UHGV virus genome: UHGV-0007810
Direction: 5' to 3' (one strand)
Origin: a virus
DNA length: 41,346 nt
Part shown: positions 1 through 8,342 of the stretch, in pieces
Position numbering within the stretch: position 1 is the first letter of the stretch
Layout: every line of letters begins with the position of its first letter
The notes under the pieces: model-generated
What the model was told of the DNA's origin: nothing
Databases searched by the model: none
What the model saw: only the letters and a program-made list of their open reading frames with translations
Made by a program: the position numbers and the translations under genes

Positions 1-48
1 TTAACAGCTAACTCATAGCAAGTCATTCCTATTCAGATGCCAACTCAA

Positions 49-79
49 CCCTCTGTTTTTGCAGAGGGTTTTTGTTTTT
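49..79 (+). terminator. Rho-independent terminator-like hairpin upstream of integrase
   Basis: CCCTCTG / CAGAGGG stem (49-55, 62-68) followed by a T-rich run; a related hairpin occurs at 39537-39562. Confidence 0.5.
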
Positions 80-135
80 ATGTATTCATTTCTATTCACT
101 CTACACCATATTTTTCGGCGGTACAGGTGACGGTA

Positions 136-150
136 TTACCTTAAAGGTAT
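136..150. promoter_or_regulatory. Operator-like palindrome (one mismatch) upstream of integrase
   Basis: TTACCTTAAAGGTAT, matches the TTACC-N5-GGTAA family in 9 of 10 fixed positions; lies inside a longer inverted repeat GACGGTA...TACCGTC. Confidence 0.45.
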
Positions 151-192
151 ACTCTCATACCGTCATGAAAATGGTTTCTATACGGGTGAATT

Positions 193-1443
193 GTGCTTAC
201 CGATACAAAATTAAAAAACCTCAAGCCGCAGGACAAACTGTACAAGGTCTCCGATCGTGACGGGCTGTATGTAGCTGTGCTTACGTCAGGCACGGTCTCG
301 TTTCGCTATGACTACCGTATCAACGGTCGCCGCGAAACACTGGTAATCGGGCAGTATGGGCGTGACGGTATCAGCCTGGCAGAAGCGCGAGAAGAACTGA
401 TTGCTGCAAAGAAGCTGCTTAAAGCAGGCCAGTCACCGGCTGCGGCTAAACGTGACGGTATCAAAAAGATTCGTGGTGCCGAGACGTTTGCGGTACATAC
501 CGACAGTTATATGAAACACGTCATCCTGGCTGACAGTACCCGCGCAATGAAACAGGCGGTGATCGACCGTGACATACTTCCGGTTCTTGGCAATAAAATG
601 ATGGCTGAAATTACCACATCGATGGTTCGTGATTTGTGTGACCGGATTGTCGAACGCGGTGGCCGGGCAACAGCAGTGCAGGCCAGGGAGATCATCAGTA
701 GCGTATACCGTCACGCCAATGACCGTGGTCATGGTTTGTTTAATCCTGCGGCTGACATTAAACCTTCGTCTATCGCCATATTTAAACCACGAGAGCGAAC
801 ACTGACACCAGAAGAAATTGGCCTGTTCTTCCGCACGCTGGATGCCATTGGTGCTATGGGCACTATGAAAATGGCTTTAAAACTGGTGCTTATCACTATG
901 GTTCGTAAGGGCGAATTCACCAATGCAACGTGGGATGAAATAGATTTTAAAAAATGGACATGGACAATTCCTCCAGACCGCATGAAGGGAAGCCGGGCGC
1001 ACGTTATTTACCTGCCTAAACAGGCACAGGATATATTGGTCGGGTTGCAGATGTGCGCTGGTGGAAGTGAATATCTGGTTCCTGGTCGTTACAATTTCCG
1101 AAAGCCATTATCTAATGCCGCGCTGAACTCTCTGATCGACAGAACGGTGAAAATAATAAATGAAGATGGTGAGCATATTCAGGACTTCACTGTACATGAT
1201 ATGCGCCGTACAGCCAGTACGTTGTTGCATGAGGCTGGTTATCCTTCAGACTGGATTGAAAAGGCTCTGGCACATGAGCAGAAAGGTGTGCGCGCCGTAT
1301 ATAACAAAGCGGAATACGCCAGACAGCGCGCCTACATGTTGCAGCAGTGGGCCGATATGATTGATTCATGGATTGACGGGGAGCATACGGATCTGATTCC
1401 GTTCTCCCCGTCGAAGTTTGAGAAGTGGATGGCGGGGGAATAA
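193..1443 (+). CDS. Tyrosine recombinase / integrase, P4-type (GTG start in ORF track)
   Basis: 416 aa; N-terminal arm-binding-like region typical of P4-family integrases; C-terminal HDMRRT...HEAGY...VYNKAEY matches the tyrosine recombinase catalytic region. Confidence 0.85.
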   Translation: MLTDTKLKNLKPQDKLYKVSDRDGLYVAVLTSGTVSFRYDYRINGRRETLVIGQYGRDGISLAEAREELIAAKKLLKAGQSPAAAKRDGIKKIRGAETFAVHTDSYMKHVILADSTRAMKQAVIDRDILPVLGNKMMAEITTSMVRDLCDRIVERGGRATAVQAREIISSVYRHANDRGHGLFNPAADIKPSSIAIFKPRERTLTPEEIGLFFRTLDAIGAMGTMKMALKLVLITMVRKGEFTNATWDEIDFKKWTWTIPPDRMKGSRAHVIYLPKQAQDILVGLQMCAGGSEYLVPGRYNFRKPLSNAALNSLIDRTVKIINEDGEHIQDFTVHDMRRTASTLLHEAGYPSDWIEKALAHEQKGVRAVYNKAEYARQRAYMLQQWADMIDSWIDGEHTDLIPFSPSKFEKWMAGE

Positions 1444-1446
1444 CGT

Positions 1447-1641
1447 TTAATAGTTCTGCTGATTTTCTTCCATCTCGGCTTCTGCTGCCAGTGATTCAAT
1501 TTTATCTGCGAATATTGCTGACAGTGTTGCAAATTCAGCATCAGTGACAGCGGGAATTGGAACAAACCTGATCCCGCTGTGTGCAAGCATGTTTGCAGTT
1601 TCAAGGCATTTCCTTAAATCTGCTGGTGATGCCCGGTTCAT
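1447..1641 (-). CDS. Hypothetical small acidic protein (64 aa)
   Basis: Internal ATG at 1641 overlaps the stop of the upstream methyltransferase gene (ATGA), suggesting translational coupling; the longer ORF-track version overlaps that gene. Confidence 0.4.
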   Translation of the reverse strand: MNRASPADLRKCLETANMLAHSGIRFVPIPAVTDAEFATLSAIFADKIESLAAEAEMEENQQNY

Positions 1642-2288
1642 GCTGCACGCTCCCGCCCCTGGTTGTCTGTTGGTGACAGCGGAGCATTGCTGAATGCATT
1701 TGTTAATCTGGCAATATCCAATGCGTATCCAGGGTGTAGTTGCACTGCCGGGTCTTCGCACTGATTACCCCAAACATCGAAGCCATGAGACGACTGGCGG
1801 GCGAACAGTTCAATGCGAGAAACATCGCCTAACAATTGCACAAGTTTTTCACGAACGACATCTGGTTTTCTTGAATGCTCAAGCCGCGGTGCGGTAAATG
1901 ACTGAACGATCCCTGCATTAATGCGCGGAGGTAGTTTTCCCTTTACTGCAAACAGGCAATCTTCACTATTGGCGCGAGTCATGTGTCCCATACCCATAAC
2001 CAGTTTATCTGGTTGTCGACTACCACATTTTATCCATGTGAAGCCCTTCATGGTCATCAGACGGAATCCCCAGGCTTCAACAACTTTTAGAGCTTCGAGT
2101 GGTTGTGTTGGCACCCACCACATGGCCAACAGACAGTTTTCATCGGCCAAATCCCACACAGGAAGGCGGCAGATATCCATCACACTCATAACCGGATATT
2201 TAAAACCGGCACCGCGATTACCATCTGCGGCTTTGTCCCGGTATACCCAGGGTGGATCTGCATAGATTAGTGTGTATTTCTTAGTCAT
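1638..2288 (-). CDS. DNA N6-adenine methyltransferase, MT-A70-like
   Basis: 216 aa with the catalytic DPPW motif (LIYADPPWVY) near the N-terminus; GGGGTGG Shine-Dalgarno upstream. Confidence 0.75.
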   Translation of the reverse strand: MTKKYTLIYADPPWVYRDKAADGNRGAGFKYPVMSVMDICRLPVWDLADENCLLAMWWVPTQPLEALKVVEAWGFRLMTMKGFTWIKCGSRQPDKLVMGMGHMTRANSEDCLFAVKGKLPPRINAGIVQSFTAPRLEHSRKPDVVREKLVQLLGDVSRIELFARQSSHGFDVWGNQCEDPAVQLHPGYALDIARLTNAFSNAPLSPTDNQGRERAA

Positions 2289-2580
2289 AAACCACCCCGC
2301 AACATCCTATACCGCTATAGTCGCCACGGCGAAGGCCGTTACCTTTTGTGATACATTGGTCCCTGCGAACCGCGATCCTTGCACGCTCAACATCACCAGA
2401 AGCAACATCCATACACTGAAGCCAAAGGTGAGCGGCAATGCGGAACTGTCCTTTTTTCTCTCTTTCAATTGCGCGTTTTTCGATCTCTATCGCCGCAGGA
2501 GTAACGGCGACAATCTTTGACGGACTGCGCATTGAAACCTTGTTCATGTGATATTTTTCAAGTCGGCTTAACTTTCTCAC
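2281..2580 (-). CDS. Hypothetical protein
   Basis: 99-aa ORF ending with an overlap onto the methyltransferase start; start codon uncertain (GTG at 2580 or internal ATGs). Confidence 0.35.
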   Translation of the reverse strand: MRKLSRLEKYHMNKVSMRSPSKIVAVTPAAIEIEKRAIEREKKGQFRIAAHLWLQCMDVASGDVERARIAVRRDQCITKGNGLRRGDYSGIGCCGVVYD

Positions 2581-2689
2581 TTAATCCAACCCTCTCTGAA
2601 AATTAATGCCAGCAGATAAAGCCATGCTGAAACAGAGGCCAGGAATAAGTACCATCCTGACCATTTGCTCCAGTGCCTTAGCAGCACAC

Positions 2690-2938
2690 TCATGCAGCGT
2701 TGCTCACAGGACGATATACACGTTGCTGAACAGGAGGTTTTTTACCCTGGAACTCTGCCGGGCTTGCTGCCTGACGTTCATCAAGCCAACGCTCAACTTC
2801 ATCACGGTTCCATGCGCAGCGTTTATCGGTGATATACCAGCGTTTAGGAAATTCCCCTGCGCGCTCCATACGATCGATAGTGCTCCATGACAGTGGCACC
2901 ACCGCCAGGAGTTCCTTCTTACCTAATGCACCTTTCAT
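2690..2938 (-). CDS. AlpA-family excisionase / transcriptional regulator
   Basis: 82 aa; LLAVVPLSWSTIDRMERAGEFPKRWYIT resembles the AlpA/Xis helix-turn-helix; GAGAGG Shine-Dalgarno. Confidence 0.65.
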   Translation of the reverse strand: MKGALGKKELLAVVPLSWSTIDRMERAGEFPKRWYITDKRCAWNRDEVERWLDERQAASPAEFQGKKPPVQQRVYRPVSNAA

Positions 2939-2987
2939 AAATACCTCTCTTGGTTGCAGTGCGGCGCGCGTGGCGCCGCGGTGGTGG

Positions 2988-3869
2988 TTACATAGATGTT
3001 TCGTTTAATTCTTCCCGACGAACGCTGTAAACGTCGGTGGCTTTTGCCAGCAGTTCGTCATCATCTGAAAGTTTTTGTGCAATATATTTGTAAGCCTTAT
3101 CCAGTTCGGAGACAGTGCTGTAATTCATCGCTGCGCTGGTAAAGGCCATCAGCATTTCTTCTGGCTCACGGCTATCCGCTTTACGCGTTTGCTCATCAGG
3201 CTTTTTCACTGATTTAGCGTTGATCAGACTGTTCATTCCCGCAGCCGTAGTTGTTTGCGGAGTAATGTCTCGCTCAACGCGCGGTGCCGTTTCCTGTAAT
3301 TCGTCAGGGGTGTAAACACCAAGAAGTACATCAGGAGCGTGCAGGCGAGCCCATCGTTTCGTGCAAAGATAGGCAAGTTGCTGGCGCGGATCCTGTTCCC
3401 ACAATGGAGAGTTACGCACTCCGGCTTGCGCCATACTGATGGTAAGCTCACGTGGTTCTGCTTCTCCTTTAAGGACTGCTGACACAGTTACCGTCAGATT
3501 CGGTGATTTATCTGTTTTGCCGTTAACATTCGACCAGTCACCGCTCCAGCGATAATTAAGGCGTGTCGCCAGCAGGCTGGAAGAGGATACGACCGCGTTT
3601 ACCAACTGTGCTTCGTAGCCTAACGTTCCGTTTACCACATGCGTTTTCTGCGCCACGGCGAAAGGGTTCATTCCCCACTGTGCCGCCTGCATGGTCACCG
3701 CCAGACAATCGGCAGGTTTGCCTTCAAGATGTTTCGGTACAGTCGCTTTGCTTTGTGACATCAACTCCGCGAAACGCACCAGTTGATTCATGCCCTCCGG
3801 GCTGAAGATTGCCGCAGCAGTACCTACAGTTGCGCCTGGTTGTGATGTGATTGCGATATCATTGCTCAT
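2988..3869 (-). CDS. RecT-family single-strand annealing recombinase
   Basis: 293 aa; the central region (KPADCLAVTMQAAQWGMNPF...GTLGYEAQL) resembles RecT/Bet-like proteins; start overlaps the stop of the upstream exonuclease gene. Confidence 0.65.
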   Translation of the reverse strand: MSNDIAITSQPGATVGTAAAIFSPEGMNQLVRFAELMSQSKATVPKHLEGKPADCLAVTMQAAQWGMNPFAVAQKTHVVNGTLGYEAQLVNAVVSSSSLLATRLNYRWSGDWSNVNGKTDKSPNLTVTVSAVLKGEAEPRELTISMAQAGVRNSPLWEQDPRQQLAYLCTKRWARLHAPDVLLGVYTPDELQETAPRVERDITPQTTTAAGMNSLINAKSVKKPDEQTRKADSREPEEMLMAFTSAAMNYSTVSELDKAYKYIAQKLSDDDELLAKATDVYSVRREELNETSM

Positions 3870-4687
3870 ACGTACATATCCTGTTTACGTGCCCAGTCAG
3901 GGCGTTTAATAATTTCCACTCCGCCCCACTCATCGTTGATGCGGCATTCGTGATAGGTATTCAGATCCCGGCGGAACAGAGCGTGCCCGGCATCGACATC
4001 CGGCGCATCCAGCTCGAACACGCGTACCGGATATCGACCACAATCAATGCTTTCGCTCACGGCAAGAAAGAAAAAACCATGCGGCTGACCAGTAACCCTC
4101 ATTGCGCCTTCGCGGTACATTGCGTCCTGCACGTGGTAGCGGAATTCCTCGATGTGGCGTGCAAAACGGTCCATATCTGCAACCTTTTTCACGTCGACGA
4201 TCACGTTGTGCTCGTTCAGCCATTTGTCTGGACGAATGCGGCACAACTCACCAGTATCTTCATCGTTCCAGTACATTGATGCTTCGCAGTAACCAGGTGC
4301 TTCCAGCATCCAGCGTGCCGCCGGGTGAGCCATTGCGCTATCACGCATCAGCTCCAGTTTCCGCCACTGCTCGGCATCAAGTACCGTAATCCCCATATCC
4401 GCCACATCACGAAGAAATGCCTCTTCGTCAGCTTTACCTTGTTTCGTCCGACGATCGAATTTCGGTGAAACAATGAAGCGTTTGTCGAACTCTCCAGGCT
4501 CCAGAAGCAGACAGTGCAATGCGGTTCCCATATCCAGTGCAGACTTTTTCTCTTCGTCTTCTGGTGCTGCCTGAACCCATTTAAGAAGCGCCGGATTCTT
4601 GGCAACCATGTCCAGTTGCGACTTACTCACGCCGTCACCGGCGTGGTAGTCTTCGTTGCTGATGTCGAAATAAATTCCCGGTTTCAT
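3866..4687 (-). CDS. RecE-like exonuclease (PD-(D/E)XK nuclease domain)
   Basis: 273 aa; N-terminal YFDISNEDYHA motif and overall pattern resemble the exonuclease VIII / YqaJ-type nuclease domain; paired with RecT. Confidence 0.65.
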   Translation of the reverse strand: MKPGIYFDISNEDYHAGDGVSKSQLDMVAKNPALLKWVQAAPEDEEKKSALDMGTALHCLLLEPGEFDKRFIVSPKFDRRTKQGKADEEAFLRDVADMGITVLDAEQWRKLELMRDSAMAHPAARWMLEAPGYCEASMYWNDEDTGELCRIRPDKWLNEHNVIVDVKKVADMDRFARHIEEFRYHVQDAMYREGAMRVTGQPHGFFFLAVSESIDCGRYPVRVFELDAPDVDAGHALFRRDLNTYHECRINDEWGGVEIIKRPDWARKQDMYV

Positions 4688-4983
4688 GCCGCGTCCCTCT
4701 GTCCATCAAGCTGATCCGCCAGATCCCAGCGCGCTATAATTGCCATTGCCTCTCGCCGATAGGCATCCATCAGTTCTTCGAACTCAGGGCTGTCTTTAGC
4801 AGCCTCCAGCACTTCCTGACGAACGCCTTTGCCTGTTACAACGTCGAAAGTTGAGGACAGTTGATGAAGTCGGATGCTCTCAATCAGTTCAACTTGTCGG
4901 TCATATAGCTGTTCTGACAGGCGGTAGTCCTTGTCGAATGCCAGCATGATTTTTTGAAGATTTTTCTGCTGATTAACGTTCAT
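4684..4983 (-). CDS. Hypothetical protein (about 99 aa from the second ATG)
   Basis: ORF-track ORF 4684..4998; the second ATG at 4983 is preceded by GGAGGG and is the likelier start. Confidence 0.5.
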   Translation of the reverse strand: MNVNQQKNLQKIMLAFDKDYRLSEQLYDRQVELIESIRLHQLSSTFDVVTGKGVRQEVLEAAKDSPEFEELMDAYRREAMAIIARWDLADQLDGQRDAA

Positions 4984-4985
4984 TA

Positions 4986-5138
4986 TCAGCCCTCCCATAT
5001 CTCGTTATCGTTGGCTACATCGCGAGCTTCTTTGCTGACGAAAGCCCACTTAATGCCTTCCTGTAAGGTGCGGAACTTCCAGCTCATGAATCCGCATGCA
5101 GTAACGCAGTACCAACCTTTGATGATTTTCCACTGCAT
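4986..5138 (-). CDS. Hypothetical small protein (50 aa), first gene of the leftward early operon
   Basis: Not in the ORF track (<60 aa); hand translation MQWKIIKGWYCVTACGFMSW...; GAGGT Shine-Dalgarno 8 nt upstream; stop lies 2 nt before the next start. Confidence 0.35.
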   Translation of the reverse strand: MQWKIIKGWYCVTACGFMSWKFRTLQEGIKWAFVSKEARDVANDNEIWEG

Positions 5139-5157
5139 AACTTGTTACCTCGGTCTG

Positions 5158-5172
5158 TTACCGTTGAGGTAA
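5158..5172. promoter_or_regulatory. Operator-like palindrome TTACCGTTGAGGTAA
   Basis: Exact TTACC-N5-GGTAA, 20 nt upstream of the first gene of the leftward early operon. Confidence 0.55.
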
Positions 5173-5219
5173 TAATTATGCGTATTTGGTTTGATGTCAA
5201 TAGATATGAGTTAAAAAAA

Positions 5220-5234
5220 TTACCCATTAGGTAA
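5220..5234. promoter_or_regulatory. Operator-like palindrome TTACCCATTAGGTAA
   Basis: Exact TTACC-N5-GGTAA in the promoter region of the leftward early operon. Confidence 0.55.
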
Positions 5235-5244
5235 TAGTATAGGC

Positions 5245-5269
5245 AATAAAAAAGCCGCCAGAAGGCGGC
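5245..5269 (-). terminator. Rho-independent terminator after the repressor gene
   Basis: GCCGCC-AGAA-GGCGGC hairpin with an A-run on the + strand (T-run on the - strand). Confidence 0.6.
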
Positions 5270-5291
5270 TTACTTACTGAAAAGTATGATT

Positions 5292-5876
5292 TTATTGTTT
5301 GTTTTTTTCGTTCTGGTTGATGACAAATTCAATGTAACTTTCGATCTTTGCTTTCTCGGTTTCGGGTAACAATGCGTAGCGCGAGCGGTCATAGTTGATG
5401 GTCGCAGGGTCGTGCGGGTGAATCAGTAATTCATAGCCGTGACGCCCGAATGCGGATGCAACATTCTCCAGGGTGGAAATGGAAACGCTGACCTCATTGT
5501 TTAACAGGCGACTGATTGTCACCTGGGCGACGCCGGATGCGCGGTGAAGTTTTCCCTGCGTTGAAAGGTCGCGGCTTTCGCTCATCCAGCGTTCCAGGTT
5601 GTGAGCCGCCAGCTGACCAATGTCGCTTGGGCCGACAGGCTGAAAACCTTCCTGAGAAAGCGAGCGATCGATATCAAGCCAGTTACGGGGTTTATTGGCG
5701 GCAGCTTCAATTTTTCGTGCAACCTGGTCGCCGATAACCTTCTTGCCAAGAGCCCAGCGGTTTACCAGATTTGCCTGAGTTCCAAGTTTTTCTGCCATCC
5801 GCGTCTGAACACCATTGAATTCACGGTCGATCAAGTCGTTGAGATTTTGCCTGCGGACGTCCTGGATACTTTTCAT
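5292..5876 (-). CDS. CI-like phage repressor with two helix-turn-helix regions, no LexA-like peptidase domain
   Basis: 194 aa; HTH-like segments near the N-terminus (QTRMAEKLGTQANLVNRW) and the middle (ASGVAQVTISRLLNNE); divergent from the cro-like gene; no G-D-S-M / Ser-Lys cleavage-domain signature seen. Confidence 0.7.
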   Translation of the reverse strand: MKSIQDVRRQNLNDLIDREFNGVQTRMAEKLGTQANLVNRWALGKKVIGDQVARKIEAAANKPRNWLDIDRSLSQEGFQPVGPSDIGQLAAHNLERWMSESRDLSTQGKLHRASGVAQVTISRLLNNEVSVSISTLENVASAFGRHGYELLIHPHDPATINYDRSRYALLPETEKAKIESYIEFVINQNEKNKQ

Positions 5877-5931
5877 TTTCTGGAAAATCGCCTCATATAT
5901 GAATCAGTAGATGATTCAATTTAAAGCAATA

Positions 5932-5946
5932 TTACCCAACAGGTAA
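5932..5946. promoter_or_regulatory. Operator O1 in the repressor/cro intergenic region
   Basis: TTACCCAACAGGTAA, exact. Confidence 0.6.
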
Positions 5947-5948
5947 AT

Positions 5949-5963
5949 GCACCTCATAGGTAA
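5949..5963. promoter_or_regulatory. Operator O2 (variant) in the repressor/cro intergenic region
   Basis: GCACCTCATAGGTAA, one half-site mismatch; centre 17 bp from O1. Confidence 0.5.
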
Positions 5964-5979
5964 CTATCCTTGATTTTTG

Positions 5980-5994
5980 TTACCTTATGGGTGA
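5980..5994. promoter_or_regulatory. Operator O3 (variant) in the repressor/cro intergenic region
   Basis: TTACCTTATGGGTGA, one half-site mismatch; about 40 nt upstream of the cro-like start. Confidence 0.5.
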
Positions 5995-6030
5995 ATATTT
6001 ATTATCTGAAATAAATATCAGGCAATAGCT

Positions 6031-6261
6031 ATGAGCGATAACGGACATTTCGATTTCAAAAAGCACTGGCTTGCACTTACTCCGGATGAGCGTGAAGCCT
6101 TCGCACAGGAAGCCGGAACGACGAGTCACTATATCCAGACTCACTTAACAGGTAAGCGCAAAATGCCAGGTAAGGTATTGATGAATGGGCTTTTTAAAGC
6201 CTGTAAAACAAGACAATGGCTGCGCTCAAAAGCAGAACTGGCATACTTCTTCTACTCATGA
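6031..6261 (+). CDS. Cro-like HTH regulator
   Basis: 76 aa; HTH-like LTPDEREAFAQEAGTTSHYIQTHLTGKRK; divergent from the repressor across the triple-operator region. Confidence 0.6.
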   Translation: MSDNGHFDFKKHWLALTPDEREAFAQEAGTTSHYIQTHLTGKRKMPGKVLMNGLFKACKTRQWLRSKAELAYFFYS

Positions 6262-6283
6262 TATCCAGCCACAACCCTCTGTA

Positions 6284-6308
6284 GACCGCCATCCGGCGGT
6301 CTTTTCAT
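6284..6308 (+). terminator. Rho-independent terminator after the cro-like gene
   Basis: GACCGCC-ATCC-GGCGGTC followed by TTTTCAT. Confidence 0.6.
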
Positions 6309-6316
6309 ATCTATTC

Positions 6317-6331
6317 GTACCTCAAAGGTAA
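6317..6331. promoter_or_regulatory. Operator-like palindrome (variant) GTACCTCAAAGGTAA
   Basis: Just downstream of the post-cro terminator and upstream of the replication operon. Confidence 0.45.
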
Positions 6332-6411
6332 TAAAAAACCAAATCTGGTTGATCTTTTTTTTGTGTCAGCACAAAATGACCGTAATCCCAATACTAATAA
6401 CAGGGCTTACC

Positions 6412-6612
6412 ATGGAAATCATTACACGTATTGATGCCGCAAAGCGCGGACTTAAACGCTACTACACCGGAAAACCATGTAAGCATGGACATGACAGTGA
6501 ACGCTGGGTTTACAACGGACACTGTGTTGAGTGCACCATGGAATCAAACCGTCGCATCAGGGCAGAGATTAAGCAGATCATGATTAATTCCTCCCCACAA
6601 CACTCAAGCTGA
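6412..6612 (+). CDS. Hypothetical Cys/His-rich small protein (cII position)
   Basis: About 66 aa from the ATG at 6412; C-x4-H ... C-x2-C arrangement (KPCKHGH...GHCVEC); start uncertain (ORF track starts at 6349 with TTG). Confidence 0.45.
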   Translation: MEIITRIDAAKRGLKRYYTGKPCKHGHDSERWVYNGHCVECTMESNRRIRAEIKQIMINSSPQHSS

Positions 6613-6627
6613 TAGCGGAGATTAATC

Positions 6628-7443
6628 ATGAGCAGACATGCAACAGATTGGGCCTGGGAGACAGATCCAGGTAGCTCATCATTAAAGCTCATACTGCTCT
6701 CGATGGCTGACAGAGCCGATGAATATAACCTCTGCTACCCCAGCATAGAACGCCTCGTTAAAGACACTTGCCTGAATAAAAAAACCGTGCAGGCCGGGCT
6801 TATATCGCTCATGAAAATGGGGCTTATTTCAGATACCGGAGAGAGAAAGGGAGCGACAAAAAGAGTGCGGGTTTTCTCTCTTAATATAACCAAAAACGGG
6901 AACATTAAAGGCAACCGGGAGGGGGGCAATGAACCCGAAAACGGTAATGTTACCGAAAACGGGAATATACCCAAAAACGGGATGTTGAATGATCCCAAAA
7001 ACGGGATGTTGAATGATCCCAAAAACGGGATCCAGAACCAGTCATATAACCAGTCATTTAACCAAGAGAGGGAGAGCAGGACAAAAACCGGGGATTCTGT
7101 TCCTCATGACCCCGGCGCAAACAACGCCGTGATGAATAACTTTGTTCCTCCTGGTGGGCCAGGGCAATTAGGCAAATTTGTCATGCATGAACAATGGCAG
7201 CCATCAGATGACTTTCTTCGGAAAAGCTCATTGCAGGGAATCTACCTGGACAGTCTGCCAACGGCACAGGAACTTGCAGAGTTCAGAATTTACTGGATGG
7301 CTGAGGGTAAGGCATACCATCAGGCACAGTGGGAGCAGAAGCTGGCAAGGCGGCTGCAGATTAGCAGACAGAAGCAATCAACATTACCTGATAACAACGT
7401 TCCGCACTGGAACAGCCCTGAAGCATGGGAGGATTTCTTGTGA
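6628..7443 (+). CDS. Replication initiator (O-like, N-terminal DNA-binding domain)
   Basis: 271 aa; GGAG Shine-Dalgarno; position before the P-like gene; internal KNG-rich repeat region encoded by direct DNA repeats. Confidence 0.6.
   Translation: MSRHATDWAWETDPGSSSLKLILLSMADRADEYNLCYPSIERLVKDTCLNKKTVQAGLISLMKMGLISDTGERKGATKRVRVFSLNITKNGNIKGNREGGNEPENGNVTENGNIPKNGMLNDPKNGMLNDPKNGIQNQSYNQSFNQERESRTKTGDSVPHDPGANNAVMNNFVPPGGPGQLGKFVMHEQWQPSDDFLRKSSLQGIYLDSLPTAQELAEFRIYWMAEGKAYHQAQWEQKLARRLQISRQKQSTLPDNNVPHWNSPEAWEDFL
6889..7035. repeat. Iteron-like direct repeats inside the O-like gene (candidate replication origin)
   Basis: Six copies of CC(A/G)AAAACGG(G/T) at 6889, 6934, 6954, 6971, 6994, 7018 (spacing 17-45 bp); two are full 24-bp repeats CCCAAAAACGGGATGTTGAATGAT; AACCAGTCAT x2 follows at 7047-7067. 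Confidence 0.6.
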
Positions 7444-8225
7444 ACAACGTTTTTACCGCGATACAAAACCGTGACGGAGAAGCCCTTTCTCGCATGTCAG
7501 GTTATGAGCATCAGTACACCAACAATGACAACGTGGTGAACATGTCAGCAGAGAGGCTTGTTGATGCCCTTTTCAAACAGCTGAAACAACTGTTTCCGGC
7601 GGCAGTGGTAACCAACCTGAAGACGCCAGAGCAGGAAGTTGCTGCAAAACAGCAGTGGATTGCTGCGTTTGCCGAAGGGGGGATCCGAACCCGTGAACAG
7701 GTTTCTGCTGGTATGCGCCACGCCCGCGCCAGTGAATCTCCGTTCTGGCCGTCGCCAGGGCAATTCATCAAGTGGTGTAAAGACAGCAAGATGGTTCTTG
7801 GCGTCACCATTGACGATGTGATGGCGGAGTTTCACCGGTACAGCAAGGAAAAAAGTTTATATCCTGGTGGTCCCGAAAGATTCCCGTGGCGACATCCGGT
7901 TATGTACTGGGTCGTATGTGATACCCGCCGTGCAATGTATCAGCGCCAGCTTAGCGAGATTGAGGTTGAGAAACACGCGCGCAGGCTGCTCGATGATTGG
8001 GCGAAAAAGGTGGCTTCCGGACAGCAGATACCCGATCCGGTGATCAGCATACAGGCAAAGCCAGAACCCATGAGTACGCCTCCGGACACAGGGAGAGACG
8101 TTTACCATCCACCAGGGCGAAGTTTCGGGTGCATGCCTAACGCCGCCACCCTTGGGGGAATAACACCGGCGCAGTGGCTGATGGAGGAATACAGGCGGGG
8201 AAAGGCGTCAGGATTTATCAAGTAA
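7440..8225 (+). CDS. Replication protein P-like (helicase loader)
   Basis: The segment GGIRTREQVSAGMRHARASESPFWPSPGQFIKWCK resembles lambda P as recalled; likely start is GTG 7440 (GGGAGG upstream, overlapping the O stop) rather than the ORF-track start 7425. Confidence 0.7.
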   Translation: MNNVFTAIQNRDGEALSRMSGYEHQYTNNDNVVNMSAERLVDALFKQLKQLFPAAVVTNLKTPEQEVAAKQQWIAAFAEGGIRTREQVSAGMRHARASESPFWPSPGQFIKWCKDSKMVLGVTIDDVMAEFHRYSKEKSLYPGGPERFPWRHPVMYWVVCDTRRAMYQRQLSEIEVEKHARRLLDDWAKKVASGQQIPDPVISIQAKPEPMSTPPDTGRDVYHPPGRSFGCMPNAATLGGITPAQWLMEEYRRGKASGFIK

Positions 8226-8230
8226 TACCA

Positions 8231-8250
8231 GCGCGATAGCGCATTTTTTT
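8231..8250 (+). terminator. Weak terminator-like element after the P-like gene
   Basis: Short GCGC-GATA-GCGC stem followed by a run of eight T. Confidence 0.35.
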
Positions 8251-8262
8251 ACGTCTCGATAA

Positions 8263-8277
8263 TTACCTTCGAGGTAA
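8263..8277. promoter_or_regulatory. Operator-like palindrome TTACCTTCGAGGTAA
   Basis: Exact; upstream of a sigma70-like promoter (TTGATT-17-TTTAAT at about 8297-8325). Confidence 0.55.
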
Positions 8278-8324
8278 TAAAATATTCTAAAATCTATTGA
8301 TTTCGTGTCTTATGTGGTTTTTAA

Positions 8325-8339
8325 TTACCTAAGGGGTAA
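8325..8339. promoter_or_regulatory. Operator-like palindrome TTACCTAAGGGGTAA
   Basis: Exact; overlaps the putative -10 and ribosome-binding region 4 nt before the ATG at 8343. Confidence 0.55.
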
Positions 8340-8342
8340 ATC

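Noticed and set aside
72-260. 62-aa plus-strand ORF overlapping the integrase start region
   Set aside because: Covers the terminator and operator-like palindrome upstream of the integrase; more plausibly non-coding regulatory DNA.
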